A stretch of DNA of 64,000 bases from contig NC_043006.1 of NCBI RefSeq assembly GCF_006345805.1, forward strand, positions 12,400,001-12,464,000. Direction: 5' to 3'. The notes under the pieces are model-generated. The model was not told the origin of the DNA. It ran no database searches and worked only from the letters and a program-made list of their open reading frames with translations. The translations under genes were made by a program, and so were the position numbers. The first letter of the stretch is position 1; each line of letters begins with the position of its first letter. Shown here one piece after another: positions 1 to 13,794 of this stretch. Source of the DNA: Octopus sinensis (lineage: Eukaryota).

Positions 1-910
1 GGGATCTTGGGGAAACAATACAAATCATATGTTACAAATGATCGCGATATCTGAGACTATAAAAATATGCAAGACCTCCTTAAGTTTTTAAGGATGACGG
101 TCAAAAGAAGACACTTTCCTCCACAAACTCGCTAGCATGTAGGTGGCCAAAATTTCCTCTATAATTTAAAAGAGAAAGAGAACATACACACACACACTTA
201 ATCATGCACTCATTCTTTTCACTTCTTCATTCATTCACTTTATAAAAGACACGGTGGTGATCACTTGGCGAAAATTACAGGGCGTTACACAGGTTGCTTC
301 ACAATATATGGCAGCATCAATTTTTGTGTAGAACGTTAATAACCTTCCTAGATCGTTTCTGTCCAGTAGATTATGATAAAAAAAAAATCTATACCAGACA
401 TATACGGGTATTGATTATATCGATTATATCTGTATTCTACAAATATCTGATCTTTATAATTGCGTTGCTGTTGTTTAGCCATGGGTCGATGCTGATGGAG
501 CTCAACTACTCTATGATTTAAGCAATTCAGCCGTGAACATTATAACATTTCAGTCAAAATTCAGCCAGGATTTTGAGAACCGAGGATTTGCATGCCTTTT
601 TTTAAGAGGATGTTGTGGGATATAAGAGTATTTATTTGCTATTTCTTGCAATTACTGTGACTCTATGCATCCTTCCATGCTTTCCAGCATGCCAAAAAAT
701 TCCTAATAAATTTCAGCGATTGAATAGACTTTAAAGTGTACTCAGAGACCCTGTGGCACCACAACAAAAACAATTGCTGTTGTTATTGTCGTTTAGTATA
801 AGGTCGTCCATAACAGAGTAGGTCTATATACTAAGCATAACTGCAACGGCGGCCATTTCGTATTTTCAATAGTTCATATTCCATGTCCCCGTACTCCGTA
901 TGTTTTGTTG

Positions 911-1111
911 TACACGTTTCATGACGTCTTGTGCCTTTTTCTCTCCTTCTTTCTGTGTTTTTTTCTCTCTGTGTATCTTTCTGTTGAAGAGCGTAGGCTC
1001 GAAACGTTAAAGACTTGTTTTATTTATATTTCCTGAGCGCCATACTAATACAATTGTTTGTTTGTTTTCCACCTGCCTTCGTCTTTTGTCTATTTTCATA
1101 AAGCTTCCCGT
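911..1111 (+). mobile_element. Short non-autonomous Penelope-like (pLTR-type) element with minimal hammerhead motif, copy 1
   Basis: Contains TCTTT-CTGTTGA-A-GAGCGTAGGCTC-GAAAC-GTT-AAAGA (976-1013). Homologous to copies at 1128, 4695, 19448, 22081 and 22321. The 3' end abuts (TA)n. Confidence 0.7.
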
Positions 1112-1127
1112 TATATATATATATATA

Positions 1128-1476
<349 letters not shown>

Positions 1477-1762
1477 GAGATCTACAATGTCTATGAAGAC
1501 ATTTAGAAATAATTTACTACTGTATGTCACAGCTACCCCCACAAATTCACAAACCACAACGGACTCCGCTGACGCTTTTATTTGGATTTGATTCATCTAG
1601 CGACTGAATTCTTAATATTTAGACTACTTTCACTAATTTTTCAGAAGTTCTAATATGAAGTTCTCATTTATCGTCGGCTTTTTGTCAGTTTTGTCATTAA
1701 CAAAATGACCTCTGCTGTTTGGTACATAGATGCCTCTAATATCCCAGTCTCCGGCGTATACG

Positions 1763-1793
<31 letters not shown>

Positions 1794-2298
1794 TAATCAC
1801 TAGCATTTTCACCGTCTCCGAAATTTCTTTGGTTCTCAGTCAAAGTACGGCTATGTGTGTTACAGCTAAACTCATAATATTGGGAAAAATAAACGCTTGT
1901 AACTAAAACTCCGAGAACTGTACTATTTCTAAAACCATGTTGATTCGGGAGGGGTAAATATAAAATCTAGGTTAACTTACAAGTTATTGAAACACAATTA
2001 AAATTTAAGAAAGCAAAATCTGTAATCCACTTTGCAGAAAAGGAATATCTTAAGCAAATCTAATACATCAGAGATTGATTTGCACAATCTACAAACTTCT
2101 TAGAGTGTTCTTGTGAATGTATTTCGATTTTCACATTTTTGTATTTGTGACTGGAATGCGCACACATTTAGTATCCATCTATCTATCTCACACAATTCAC
2201 AATATATGGATATAACTAATCCGGCTATACTCATAAGAAACTCCTTTATTGGAGCAGGCAACCAGTCACATAGTCTATTGCTGAAATACATTTATTCA

Positions 2299-2403
<105 letters not shown>

Positions 2404-2431
2404 TGAATATATATACATATATTATATATAA

Positions 2432-3575
2432 TTGAAAAAGGAGGACGGGATAAACTATCTGCATCAACTAGCTATAAAATCAGGTGGTGATTTTACCTTG
2501 AATCATTCTTGGTACAAGTTTTCAAGAGTGCAGTTCGATTTTAACAGTTATCTTTTCAAAGCTATAATGGAAGTGACAAAGGAGGTTATTTTGCTTTATG
2601 AATTCAATAAAGGCAATAGCGCAACGGAAAGTGCGAAGAATATTAATGCAGTATATGGGGATCGGATAAGTGTAAGCCAGTGTCAGCGGTGGTTCGAGGA
2701 ATTTCGAGCCGGAAACTACAGGCTAGAAGACGAACCACATTCTGGATGATCTGTAGAGTTTGACAAGGGCGTCCTGCGGACCCAAGTGGAACAAAATCCC
2801 ATCGTAACTAGCAGCGAAACTTAGATTTGGTCATTGAACTAGTCATCGACACCTGCGTGCCATCGCAAAAGTCTGCAAATTGGGTCAATGTGTTCCTCAC
2901 AAACTTTCCGAGTCTAAACGCGCGCAGAGTGTGAATGTGTGCTCTTCCATGCTGTCACATTTCACGAATGAATCTTTCTTGGATCGAATAGTGACTGGGG
3001 ACGAGAAATGCGTTCTCTATAAAAATGTGAAGTGCCGAAGACAGTGGGTAGGGAAAGGAGAAACACCGGCAACCCAGGCCAAAGAAGGTCTTCACCCACG
3101 TAAGGTGTGTGTTGTTATCTGTTTGGTGGGATATGAAAGGTTTAGTCCACTTTGAAACTTCAAACCCAAACCAAACGGCCATCTTTGGCTTCAAACGAAA
3201 GATATTTTTCCATCAGGATAATGCTTGGCCACATACAGCGCGGGTGACATTCGAAAAGTTGGAGTAGTTTGAATGAGAAGCGATGCCCCAGATACCATAT
3301 TCACCGGACATTGTCCCATCTGATTATCATTTATTCCGCAGTCTTCAAAAAAATAAGAATTCAGTTGATGAGGTCAGAACAGCACTGGGGGAGTATTTTT
3401 GGTCACGGACAAGTGAATTTTGGAAGAGGGGCCTTGCAAATCTATCAGGTAGGTGGAAAACATTACAGAAAATGAAGGAGACTATATTTGAGATTAAAAA
3501 AGAACTTTGTTTATCTTAATTTTGAAAAATAAAAGAAGTATAACAGAATCTGCATCATGTATGGGATGACCCAAT
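2432..3575 (+). mobile_element. Degenerate mariner (DD34D) transposon; right TIR present, left TIR not recognisable
   Basis: Ends ...ATGGGATGACCCAAT, a mariner-type TIR. Contains transposase remnants. Confidence 0.85.
2567..3519 (+). pseudogene. Mariner transposase pseudogene (stops and frameshifts)
   Basis: MEVTKEVILLYEF...CQRWFEEFRAGNYRLEDEPHSG (HTH region), RIVTGDEK, FHQDNAWPH, YSPDIVPSDYHLF; split across frames. Confidence 0.9.
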
Positions 3576-3645
3576 GACTATAAAGAATCCCTGCAATTTA
3601 TGAACTTTAGAAATCTGCTGTAATAGTACAGCATTTTTTGGGTTA

Positions 3646-4045
3646 TCTCTCTATATATAAAGCTTAAGTTGTCTGTGTATGGCAGGTTTGGTAGCCTTCA
3701 ACTAACACCATCTCCTCCGGGACACTGCAGCGCAAGTCGGCCAAAATTGAAAGTATGATAGAAAAAGGCTTGCTCTTCTATTCGTTGAAGAAAAAAATTC
3801 AAATCGGACTATCTTCACACCAAAACTTATTTACATCAAAATGGTGCTTTCTTTCTATGAAAATCCCTATTTTTTTACGATTTTTTGACTGCTGTGTCAT
3901 CATTTTACGGTGTATTTGAACCAGAAAAATGTTCACTTAAAGAGAATAACAAGCTACATAATGCAAAATTTTTGCTTTTCAAAAATTCCAATTCTAAAGG
4001 GTCGGAAAGAACCCAAGTCCGAGCAACGCTGGGCTATACTGCTAG
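3646..4045 (+). mobile_element. Non-autonomous Helitron, family H1 (400 bp)
   Basis: A|TC start, subterminal CCGAGCAACGCTGGG hairpin-type motif, CTAG|T end, no TSD. The 3' 27 bp match family H2 at 25/27. Confidence 0.8.
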
Positions 4046-4645
4046 TTTTCATATAAGGTTGTTTTTCAGTAGTGAATGAAATGGTCTTCAGTACATCAAA
4101 CACATTTTAAGAATCGAACCATTTAGATTTCAGCTCTGTTTCATTTTACCAATCCGTTGCAATAAGGATGTCTACTGTGTAGATTGAATAACAGGAGTTT
4201 TCGTTTTAATGCGACCGAAATATATTTTGCAGTGATAAAATGAATTAATAATATGACTCACTTTTATCTGTAGCAGACAATAAAACACTTAAATAATGTT
4301 ACTTGTCACTTATTTGTTAATGTAAATATTCTCTAAAGCAAAATATCACCATTAATATATAAAGGTTTGTCTGTATGTGAACGCACGCTGACATAAGTCT
4401 AATTGAATACATAATAGTCTGCTACCCCATGACTGATCTTTTATCCTTTACTTGTTTCAGTCATCTGACTGCGACTATGCTGGAGCAACACATTGAAAGG
4501 TTTTAAGTGGAACAAATCGATCTGAGAACTTATTTTTTAAAGCCGTGTACATATTCTATTGTCTCTTTGGCCGAACCACTAGACTACAGGGATGTAAATA
4601 CACGAAGACCGGTTGTCACGAGGTGTTAGGAGGGGCAAACACACA

Positions 4646-4688
<43 letters not shown>

Positions 4689-4694
4689 ACACGC

Positions 4695-4865
4695 AGAAAA
4701 ACAAAAGACGAAGACAGGTGTTTGAACAACAAGCAGATGTAGTTTGACGCTCGGGAAGGTGAGAAAGTCTTTTACGTTTCGAGCCTACGCTCTTCATCAG
4801 AAAGGAACATGAGGAAATAGAGAGAGAAGAAAAAAACATGTAAATTTATCGGTCAATCATGGCGA

Positions 4866-4867
<2 letters not shown>
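4695..4867 (-). mobile_element. Hammerhead-bearing element, copy 3
   Basis: Homologous to 1128-1333 and 19448-19669. Lies between the (CA)n and (TA)n tracts inside SINE-B. Confidence 0.7.
4769..4804 (-). ncRNA. Minimal type-I hammerhead ribozyme motif with intact core
   Basis: CUUU-CUGAUGA-A-GAGC(GUAG)GCUC-GAAAC-GUA-AAAG: stem I CUUU/AAAG, 4-bp stem II, palindromic ACGU stem III, GUA cleavage triplet, one extra A after A9. Confidence 0.7.
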
Positions 4868-4908
<41 letters not shown>

Positions 4909-5469
4909 CGAGGGGTTTCCTTCAGTTTACGTCTCAAATCAACTCATAAGGCTTTGCTCGGCACAAGACTATTACAGAAGATACTTGCCCAATGTGCCAC
5001 GCAGTGAGACTGAACCCGGAACTATGTTGTTGGGCAGCAGGCTTCTTACCACACAGCGACATCTGCGACTATGATGTGAACATTTTCGGAATATATAATA
5101 CGTTAAATAGTTTTGTTCGTTGTTATTCGGATTTAGATAAAAAATCCTGCTTAGGGAACAAATAGGGAAGTAATTAACAATACTCTGCAGAAATTTTGAA
5201 GAACGAATATTAAGTAATCGTGTGCCTTTTTTCCTCTAGAAGTGTTTATAACTGGAGACTTTACCATCAATAGATTGCTTCAACATAGCCTCCACCTCTG
5301 GCTAGCTCTCTTTCGAATCGTCCTGTTACAATTCGTTCTGCACAAAGGCTTTATTTTATATACTCGTACTACTACAAATATGGTGAATGACTAAATATAT
5401 TTACAGCAATAGAAAAATCTATGGTCATTGGTATTTATTTTTTCGACCCATTATTAATCCTTTCTACTA

Positions 5470-5677
5470 AAATCACAAGGCTTGAAATTTTTGTGGTGGG
5501 ATACAAGTCGATTGCATCGACCCCAGTATTTCACTGGTACTTAGTTAATCGATCCCGAAATTATGAAAGGCAAAGTTAACATCGGCGGAATTTGAACTCA
5601 ATGTAGCGATGGGCGAAGGACCACTAAACCTTTTTCTCGGCGTGCTAATGATTCTTCCAGATCGTCGTTTTTTTTTC
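5470..5677 (-). mobile_element. SINE-A, diverged, alternative (A2) tail
   Basis: B-box GAGTTCAAATTCC and body match the SINE-A copies at 51931 and 59373. Confidence 0.7.
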
Positions 5678-5965
5678 GCCCCTTTAATAACGAAAAGCAA
5701 AGCCACCCACGATTGGATTTGAACACGGAGCAACTAGATAACAGTAAACATTTATGTCAGTTATTCAAAAGATTCTGACAGGCATCTTCACTAGAATTAA
5801 ATATAGTAATTAAAAAACAAATAGCTTAAACTTGCCACTTGATATTAGCACTATTATATGCGCTAATAGGAATATATTCACACTATTTGCTAAGGGATTC
5901 ACCTTCACGTAGGATAAATAAACCAGAAAAAAAAAACACATACATACACACACATATATATACAT

Positions 5966-6056
<91 letters not shown>

Positions 6057-6766
6057 GTATATATATAATTTAATATTCATTAAACCTATTGAAATCGTCA
6101 TGTCTCTTCTGTCATATAGAACTACTTAACCTTTTAAGTATAGTAATATCCTTATGTCGAGCAGATAGCATCATTTGGATTGCCTTCCTCTTAGGAAGAA
6201 CGAAGCTCTACAATTTCTTTACGATCAACAATCGACTTGGCTGATGTACAAGGAATGATACAATTATCTCGGTTTTATGCAAAGACATGATTACTTTGAA
6301 ACCGGGGTTGTTGCAAGAATAAGGAAGTGTTTAAAAAGAAGTAAGACATATTAGCTTTTAAAAGATTTGCTGTAACTGTCAGGACCCACTTTTGTCTTCT
6401 TATGTTTTATGTGTTAAGAAGCAGTTTATTTCAATGTGTATAATGAATTGAAAACAAAATACAGAAACAAAAACCTTAATATTTTCAAAATAGGATTTTT
6501 CCTGACGACAACATAAATGCAAAATAAACAAATTCAAAATGAAAAACAATCAATTTATGTTTCGGAAAGTATTAAAACTCTAATCCATGTTGAAGACAAG
6601 AACAAAAACATTAGGATACTTGCAGCGTAAATTGGATATCCGAGGTGAGAACACTGACGTATAGAAATATGCATGCACATTTTTCTAAATGCATGAATAA
6701 ACTACTATATAATTGCACACACATATATACATACATACATATATATATATATATGTATATATATAA

Positions 6767-6827
<61 letters not shown>

Positions 6828-6957
6828 ATATATTATAAATATATATATATATTACATATATATATACATACATATATACATATATATATATACATGTATT
6901 TGTGTGTATATATACATACATATATATAATATACATATTATATATACATGTGTTTGC

Positions 6958-7006
<49 letters not shown>

Positions 7007-7333
7007 CAATTGTTTTATATATATATATATAAAGACACAAACAGATATGTGTTTAATGTGTGATGTGGTGTGTATGAGTGGGTAAAACCGGCCTTAAAGG
7101 AAAAGGCACTTCACACAGGTTTATCCATGTGATTAAGATGATTGCTTTGTATCTAACTGTTTTGTGTTCGATACCAGATTAAGCAAATGTCTTCTACCAT
7201 TGGCTTAGTTGTGGAATGCCTTTTGAGAGAAACTCTCGGCCGGAAACTTCGCAGTATCTTTTCCTTGCATTTATGCATGTATACATTATATACAAACACT
7301 CATACATAAATACATACATACATACATATTATA

Positions 7334-7380
<47 letters not shown>

Positions 7381-7548
7381 ATATAATATATGTATAATAT
7401 GTATATATATATGTATGAATATATATAATATATATATATATACATGTGTATTGTGTGCAATCACACACAAATATACCTGGTAAAAATACATACTAACGTA
7501 CATATCCACATATTATGCAGACATACAAGCATACGTGTATAATTACAA

Positions 7549-7623
<75 letters not shown>

Positions 7624-8533
7624 ATTATATATATATATATATATAATACTAATCAGATCGAATGGAAATGGAAGTTAATAAAAATTTTGACTCCCAGTGG
7701 CCTAGCGTGTAAAAGTTTAGTCAAAAGCCTATGTATTACTCATAAAATAGTTCATAATATTCGCTAGGTGATATCTGTTGAAAAAGATTTCACCTAGCGA
7801 ATATTATTTATTTGATAAACTGAAATCAGTAACCAATTGGTCCAGGAAACTAGATGGTAATTTTTTTTTTTTTTTTCATTTCGTTCCTGTCGAATTTTAT
7901 CCCTAACTTTGTGGTTATAGAACCTAGCTGTTCTTTCTAGCATGTTGAATCCAACGAGTGGATTCCTTATGTGTGGATACCTATACAAATACTTGCACAC
8001 ATGAATGAATGAGAAACGTACTGTCTTTGTATCCAGAATATGGATTTTCATTTGTACCTATTCGAATAACTGCACTGAGGCATGCAGCAACAGATTAGCA
8101 TAAAATACTGGGGTTATACCAGAAAGAACAAAGTAGAATAACATGCATGCACCGAATACTATTGATTATTATAACAGTGAAAATTTGGAAACATTCCAGG
8201 CAGCCTCCATCTTTGTTTTCTACAATAAAGGAATGCAGAAGATTGCATGTGCATATCGTATTCACACAGGTTCATAAGATATAATGAATCATATATAACT
8301 GTTTATGACATGTCAACGCGTACTTGAGTGAAAATGTATTCATATATGCATCTAAATATATGGACATACTTAAATCATTCAAATATTCACAAATACCAGC
8401 AATTGCTTTGGCTCTATTATGTTGTTAGTAGTCGGCTTGAAGTCTGCGAAGGTAAAAACTTAACGTAGTCTCAAATGATCACACATAACCACACACATAT
8501 ATACACACATGTGTGTATTTATATATATAGATA

Positions 8534-9813
8534 CAGGGGTTGGACAAAATAATGGAAACAGCTTAAAATTTCAAACAAATGTATTGAAATATGGGGTAGT
8601 ACCGCCCTTGGCGGTAATTACAGCTTGAATTCTACGAGGTATGGACTCGCAAAATGTCCGAATTGTTTCCAAATGAATTTTTGTCCATTCTTCAACTAAA
8701 AGAGTCTCCAATTAATGTATTGATGATGGTGGAGTATATCAACTCCTTAATTGTTTTTCTAAAATGCACCATAAATGTTCAATAATATCGAGATCTGGAG
8801 ACTGTGGTGGCCAGGTAAGATGTTCAGCTTCACTAAAATGTTCCTCGTTCCATTCAATAACAACTTTAGCGGTGTGAATTGGTGCATTATCATCCTGAAA
8901 GATTGCGTTTCACACCAGAAACAGTTCTGCAACCATAGGATGAATTTGACCAAATAAAATGCTTAAATAGTCTAGACTATTAATTCTGCCATGAAGGGAA
9001 ACCATTGGGCCGGCGGATTTCCAAGATATAGCCCCCCTTCCCGATCACCATAGTTCCTCCTTCGTGTTTAGCAATTGGAAGAAGACAGTCTTGGTTAAAT
9101 GCTTCTTTTGGTTGTCTCCACACATATACTCGGCCGATGGTCGGACATAAAGTAAAGGATGGCTCGTCCGAGAAATTAACATTCTTCCACAGCTCTAGGG
9201 ACCAATTCTGTAGGTTTTACTCCACTCTAAACGCTTTGCAACGTTTGTTTTTGAAAGTAGCGGTTTTCTGATTGCAGCCCTCCCGTGAAATCTGGCTTTC
9301 TACTTCTCCCGGCGAACAGAACAGTTTTTGTGGAAACTGGCTTCTCGGGGTGGTCGTTAAGCGCTGCTGTAATTTTGTGAGCTGTACTTTTGTGTTCCTT
9401 TGTAACAATTTGCGTTAGAGTCCGACGGTCTCTATATGAAAGTTTTGGTTTTCTTCCGGCGCTTTGTTTCGACGAGGAGGTTTTTCCCTCTTTCTCAAAG
9501 GCTGTCATTACTTTCGAGACAGTACTTCTTAATACACCAAACATTTCGGCTGTTTTCGTTACACTAGCGCCTGCCATAGGGGCTCCAACAACTTGTCCTC
9601 TTTGAAAGTCTGATAGATGTGTCATTTTAATGAATTTTAATTATGTTTTACTGATGTTATCTGAAAAGAAACAACAATTTTAGCAAAACATATTAAGCAA
9701 CACTAATAATAAATCAAAAACCTAAAAATAAACAAGCTTTTGACTGTTCCATAGATATTTCAAAATTATGATGCTATGTTGCTAGGTGTTTCCATTATTT
9801 TTTCCAATCCCTG
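8534..9813 (-). mobile_element. Tc1-family transposon with both TIRs and TA TSD (1280 bp)
   Basis: TA|CAGGGGTTGGACAAAATAATGGAAACA at the left; inverted TGTTTCCATTATTTTTTCCAATCCCTG|TA at the right. Confidence 0.9.
8588..9625 (-). pseudogene. Tc1 (DD34E) transposase pseudogene
   Basis: MTHLSDFQRGQVVG..., GRKPKLS, NFSDE, FQDDNAPIH, WPPQSPDLDIIEHLW, SIPRRIQAVITAKGG; frameshifted. Confidence 0.9.
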
Positions 9814-9910
9814 TATACATATACATGCATATATATATATATATATATACAGACAAATACATGCCTATATATGTATATATATATACATACATATTCGTGC
9901 CTATACATGC

Positions 9911-9963
<53 letters not shown>

Positions 9964-10057
9964 TATATATGTACATATACATGTATATGTATATATGCAT
10001 ATATATGTACATATACATGTATATGTATATATGTATATATATATATGTATATATATA

Positions 10058-10093
<36 letters not shown>

Positions 10094-10147
10094 CATACAT
10101 ACATACATCCATCCATCCATACATACATACATACATACATACATACA

Positions 10148-10180
<33 letters not shown>

Positions 10181-11229
10181 TTCAATTTTTTTATGTCTTT
10201 CAATTCTTCTGACCTGAGGAGTGGACCGATTCAGTGAACCTATCAATAACGAACCAAACCTATTTACGATTAATGGAATCAAATTTACTGTAACGAAAAA
10301 CACATAATGACTATTATTTATAACTGGTCTTCCAGATATAACGATAGAAGGGATACTTTCTTTTTGATGGGAAACTCGATTAATTAATTTTCTTTAAATA
10401 AACGCATTGAAACTTCTGATACTGGTAGAATGTGTCGTATAGAACATATTTTACTCTTAGCGTTGTTGAGAAAAGTTACTATTTTCGAAGTTATTTCGTG
10501 TTAAAGTTATCGCATTGCGGCGCCAAGCAGTTATGTGTATAAATATAAACTTGTAACCATTTCAGATATGTTTGGAGCATATTCGAACCCGTAAGAAAGT
10601 CCTTCATTGAATATCTTCACGGAGAAAATTGCTCGCTGTAGACCAGTAATTGTAAACACTCCAGGTCAGTTCGAAATTCCCTCAAATCAGATTGAGAGAT
10701 GCATGCGTCCGACTGGCTTGCGCACAATTTCTCTGAAACAAATCCTTACAAGGTATTGATCGGCCTGGAGCTCCACTAGTTGACACTTGCCCAATGTGCC
10801 GCATAGATTCACTATGACCACAAACAGCTTTATTTCATTCGGATAGTTTTACGGGCACTGACACCGTTGTCTTTTTGTAATGGTCGAGCACATAGACGCG
10901 GAATTCTTGTCATGGGAAAAATTTCATTTCAAACAATACACATAAAACCTACACTTTAACACAAATGCGTGTATGTTGGAACCTTTGAAACTTAGTGATG
11001 TGTCTTTTTATACGCAAGTGTCTTGTGATTCGACAGTTAGATATCGATAAAATATGTACAGCGCTAACCTAGAATAAAATATTGTCCGTTATGTGGTCTT
11101 CAACAATCCTTGAAACTCTCAAACCACCCTATAAATCCGCCGCCTATTCGCGGCTGTGTAAATATATAAATATATTTGTGTGAGTGTATATATATATATA
11201 TGTGTGTGTGTGTGTATGTGTGTGTGTAT

Positions 11230-11278
<49 letters not shown>

Positions 11279-12597
11279 GTGTGTGTGTGTGTGTGTGTGT
11301 GTGTATACACATACATATATATATATATATAAACATACATACATACACATGCTCACACACGCTCATATACGTAAGTATATATTATGTATTTAGGTTGTAT
11401 GTATGAGCGTATGCCTGTATGAAGATTCTTTCAGCCGCAGTAGTTTAGCAATAAATATACGATTTGCCAATAACTTGGAGACAGTCACTACTATTTCTAT
11501 TTGATTATCGATCAGCCTACTGACCTGCCCTTTCAATGGGATTCATCAATGGCTATGACAGCTGGTCTACTTTATAGGAGACAAGTCGATCGTTGAGTGT
11601 CTGACTAGCATTCTCTACAATTTCAACTCCAAACTGTAGACAACAATGTCGCAGTGAAGAATACTGTTCTATTGTGAAAAACGAATAAATAAATGAATAA
11701 AATAAATAAATTACGATACAATTTCTATATAATACTCGAGAAGAAAAAATAATGATAATAATCGTTAGTGTGAGAAATGACGCTTTATTAATATCGATTT
11801 TGTTTTTCTAATTCTTTCAGTCGCGTTTCATATTGGAAAGACAGTAGGCTGTCAAACTCAATGTATTTGTTTCTTCCGTATTTGTTTTACTCGAAATTGT
11901 GAGTTCGAATCTCGTCAAGGTCTACTTTGTCGCTAATCTTTCCTGAAGTCGACAATATTAGTATCACTCAATCGATTTAGTTCGTTCGATTGAACTAGTT
12001 CCTTCTCCACAGACACACTTTATTCGTACACTTCTACATTGTGTAGGATTCAACATTAATTTATTTTCCAATGAGGCTAGATCTAAACGAAACATAAAAA
12101 GACAGAATGTCTCTGTAATTCTGTTGTCTCTGGGGATAGTCTTTTTCTCTGTAATTGTATTTCTCTATTAAATGTTCATACCTCAGTGTTATACATTCGA
12201 ATTTCCCGATATCGAATTTGCCATTTACTATGCTTCTTTTTTTATATATATTTTTCTATTACAATTACAGTTTGTGCTTTATTGAACGACAAACCGTTCT
12301 AGGATGGATCGAGTGAAATATTTTCATTTTCTTATTGTAGGAGACGATTTCTTCTTTCCTAACCTCTTGCAAAACATCAGAGATAATGTACACGGTGGAT
12401 CGTCTGCGAGAACCCCTTCACGGCGCAGTGAAATAGCGTGTGAGACAAATACAAAAAGATAGACTCATAAATTGATTTACACACAGAGAAGAAACTCCGC
12501 AATCGAACCAATAATTCGATGCGTACCTTTGCACGGATGAAAGGCACAGTTGACTTCGAAAAGATATGAACTCAGAGAGCAGGGATCCGACACATAT

Positions 12598-12786
12598 ATT
12601 CTTTTCTACTCTCGGCACAAGGCCCGAGGGGGAGGTGGGTAGTCGATTAGATCGACCCCAGTATACAACTGGAATTTAATTTATCGACCCCCGAAAGAAT
12701 GAAAGGCAAAGTCGACCTCGGCAGAATTTGAACTCAGAACATAAAGACAGACTAAATACTGCTAACCATTTCGACCGACGTGTTAG
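12598..12786 (-). mobile_element. SINE-A (A2 tail), 5' end degraded
   Basis: Matches the SINE-A body plus the CCTTGTGCCGAGAGTAGAAAAG tail. Confidence 0.75.
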
Positions 12787-13601
12787 ATGTTACATGTAGT
12801 AGATCGGAAGATTTTCTAGAGGACACCTCATTGAATTATTTCTGCTCAATTAACTCTCTCGTATGAGACAATATTTAAAACCGACATTATGTTATGCTGT
12901 CAGAAAACTGTTTCATATGCCATTCTCTCATTAACAAGTACCTCGACCGATTCAACCAAAACGAAGGCGAATGAATAGGCGCGGTGTATATATCCAATGT
13001 AGTTAACACAAACACGCATATATGAGTTATATATATTCACATAGTTATACTCATCTATATATACATATACGTATGTTTATGTATAAATAAGTTACAAGAG
13101 TTTGAAAATTTAGATATCTATATGAGAGGCAATAGCTTCACCTCTATTGGTCAGTTCTGGTCTTGACATCACTGATTCATCACTGCCTCATCAAAGTGCT
13201 CTCGTGGTCCAGGTGAATCAATGAAAATCTTGATATTGTGATCGAAAACACATCTTTGAATTTCTCTACTTTGGCTTCACATGCCTAAAGATCGTGTTTG
13301 CAGATTTACATCATGTGTGCATGAAATATGCATATTTATATCAACATATATCGATAATTATTCATGAAAATAGGTATTAAGTATACCTACATGAGCACAT
13401 GTGTGTGTGTATGTCTGTGTGCACGAATCTGGATACGTAAATATATATATACACATTCATACATACACACATTCATATATCTATCTATCTGTATATATTA
13501 TAATATATATTATATATATATATAATATACACACATATATATATATATATACACACACACACATATATATATAATATATATATATATATATCGATCTCGA
13601 A

Positions 13602-13654
<53 letters not shown>

Positions 13655-13655
13655 T

Positions 13656-13708
<53 letters not shown>

Positions 13709-13710
<2 letters not shown>

Positions 13711-13794
13711 GTTTCGAGATCGATAAAATAAGTGCCAGATGAATACAAAAATTCCTGTATTCATCTGTACTTATTTTATCGATCTCGAAAACAT
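13709..13794. repeat. Near-perfect ~37-bp inverted repeat with 10-nt loop, derived from a SINE-A fragment
   Basis: ATGTTTCGAGATCGATAAAATAAGTGCCAGATGAATAC / GTATTCATCTGTACTTATTTTATCGATCTCGAAAACAT. Confidence 0.85.

Larger units (their letters stand above)
4438..5068 (-). mobile_element. SINE-B (tRNA head, internal microsatellite), interrupted by a hammerhead element
   Basis: 3' half at 4438-4640 and 5' half at 4908-5068 match the SINE-B copies at 53212 and 63751. Confidence 0.75.

Noticed and set aside
7794-8051. 85-aa non-repeat ORF with nearby splice-like sites
   Set aside because: No recognisable motif, the implied intron would be only ~41 nt, and the length is within chance.
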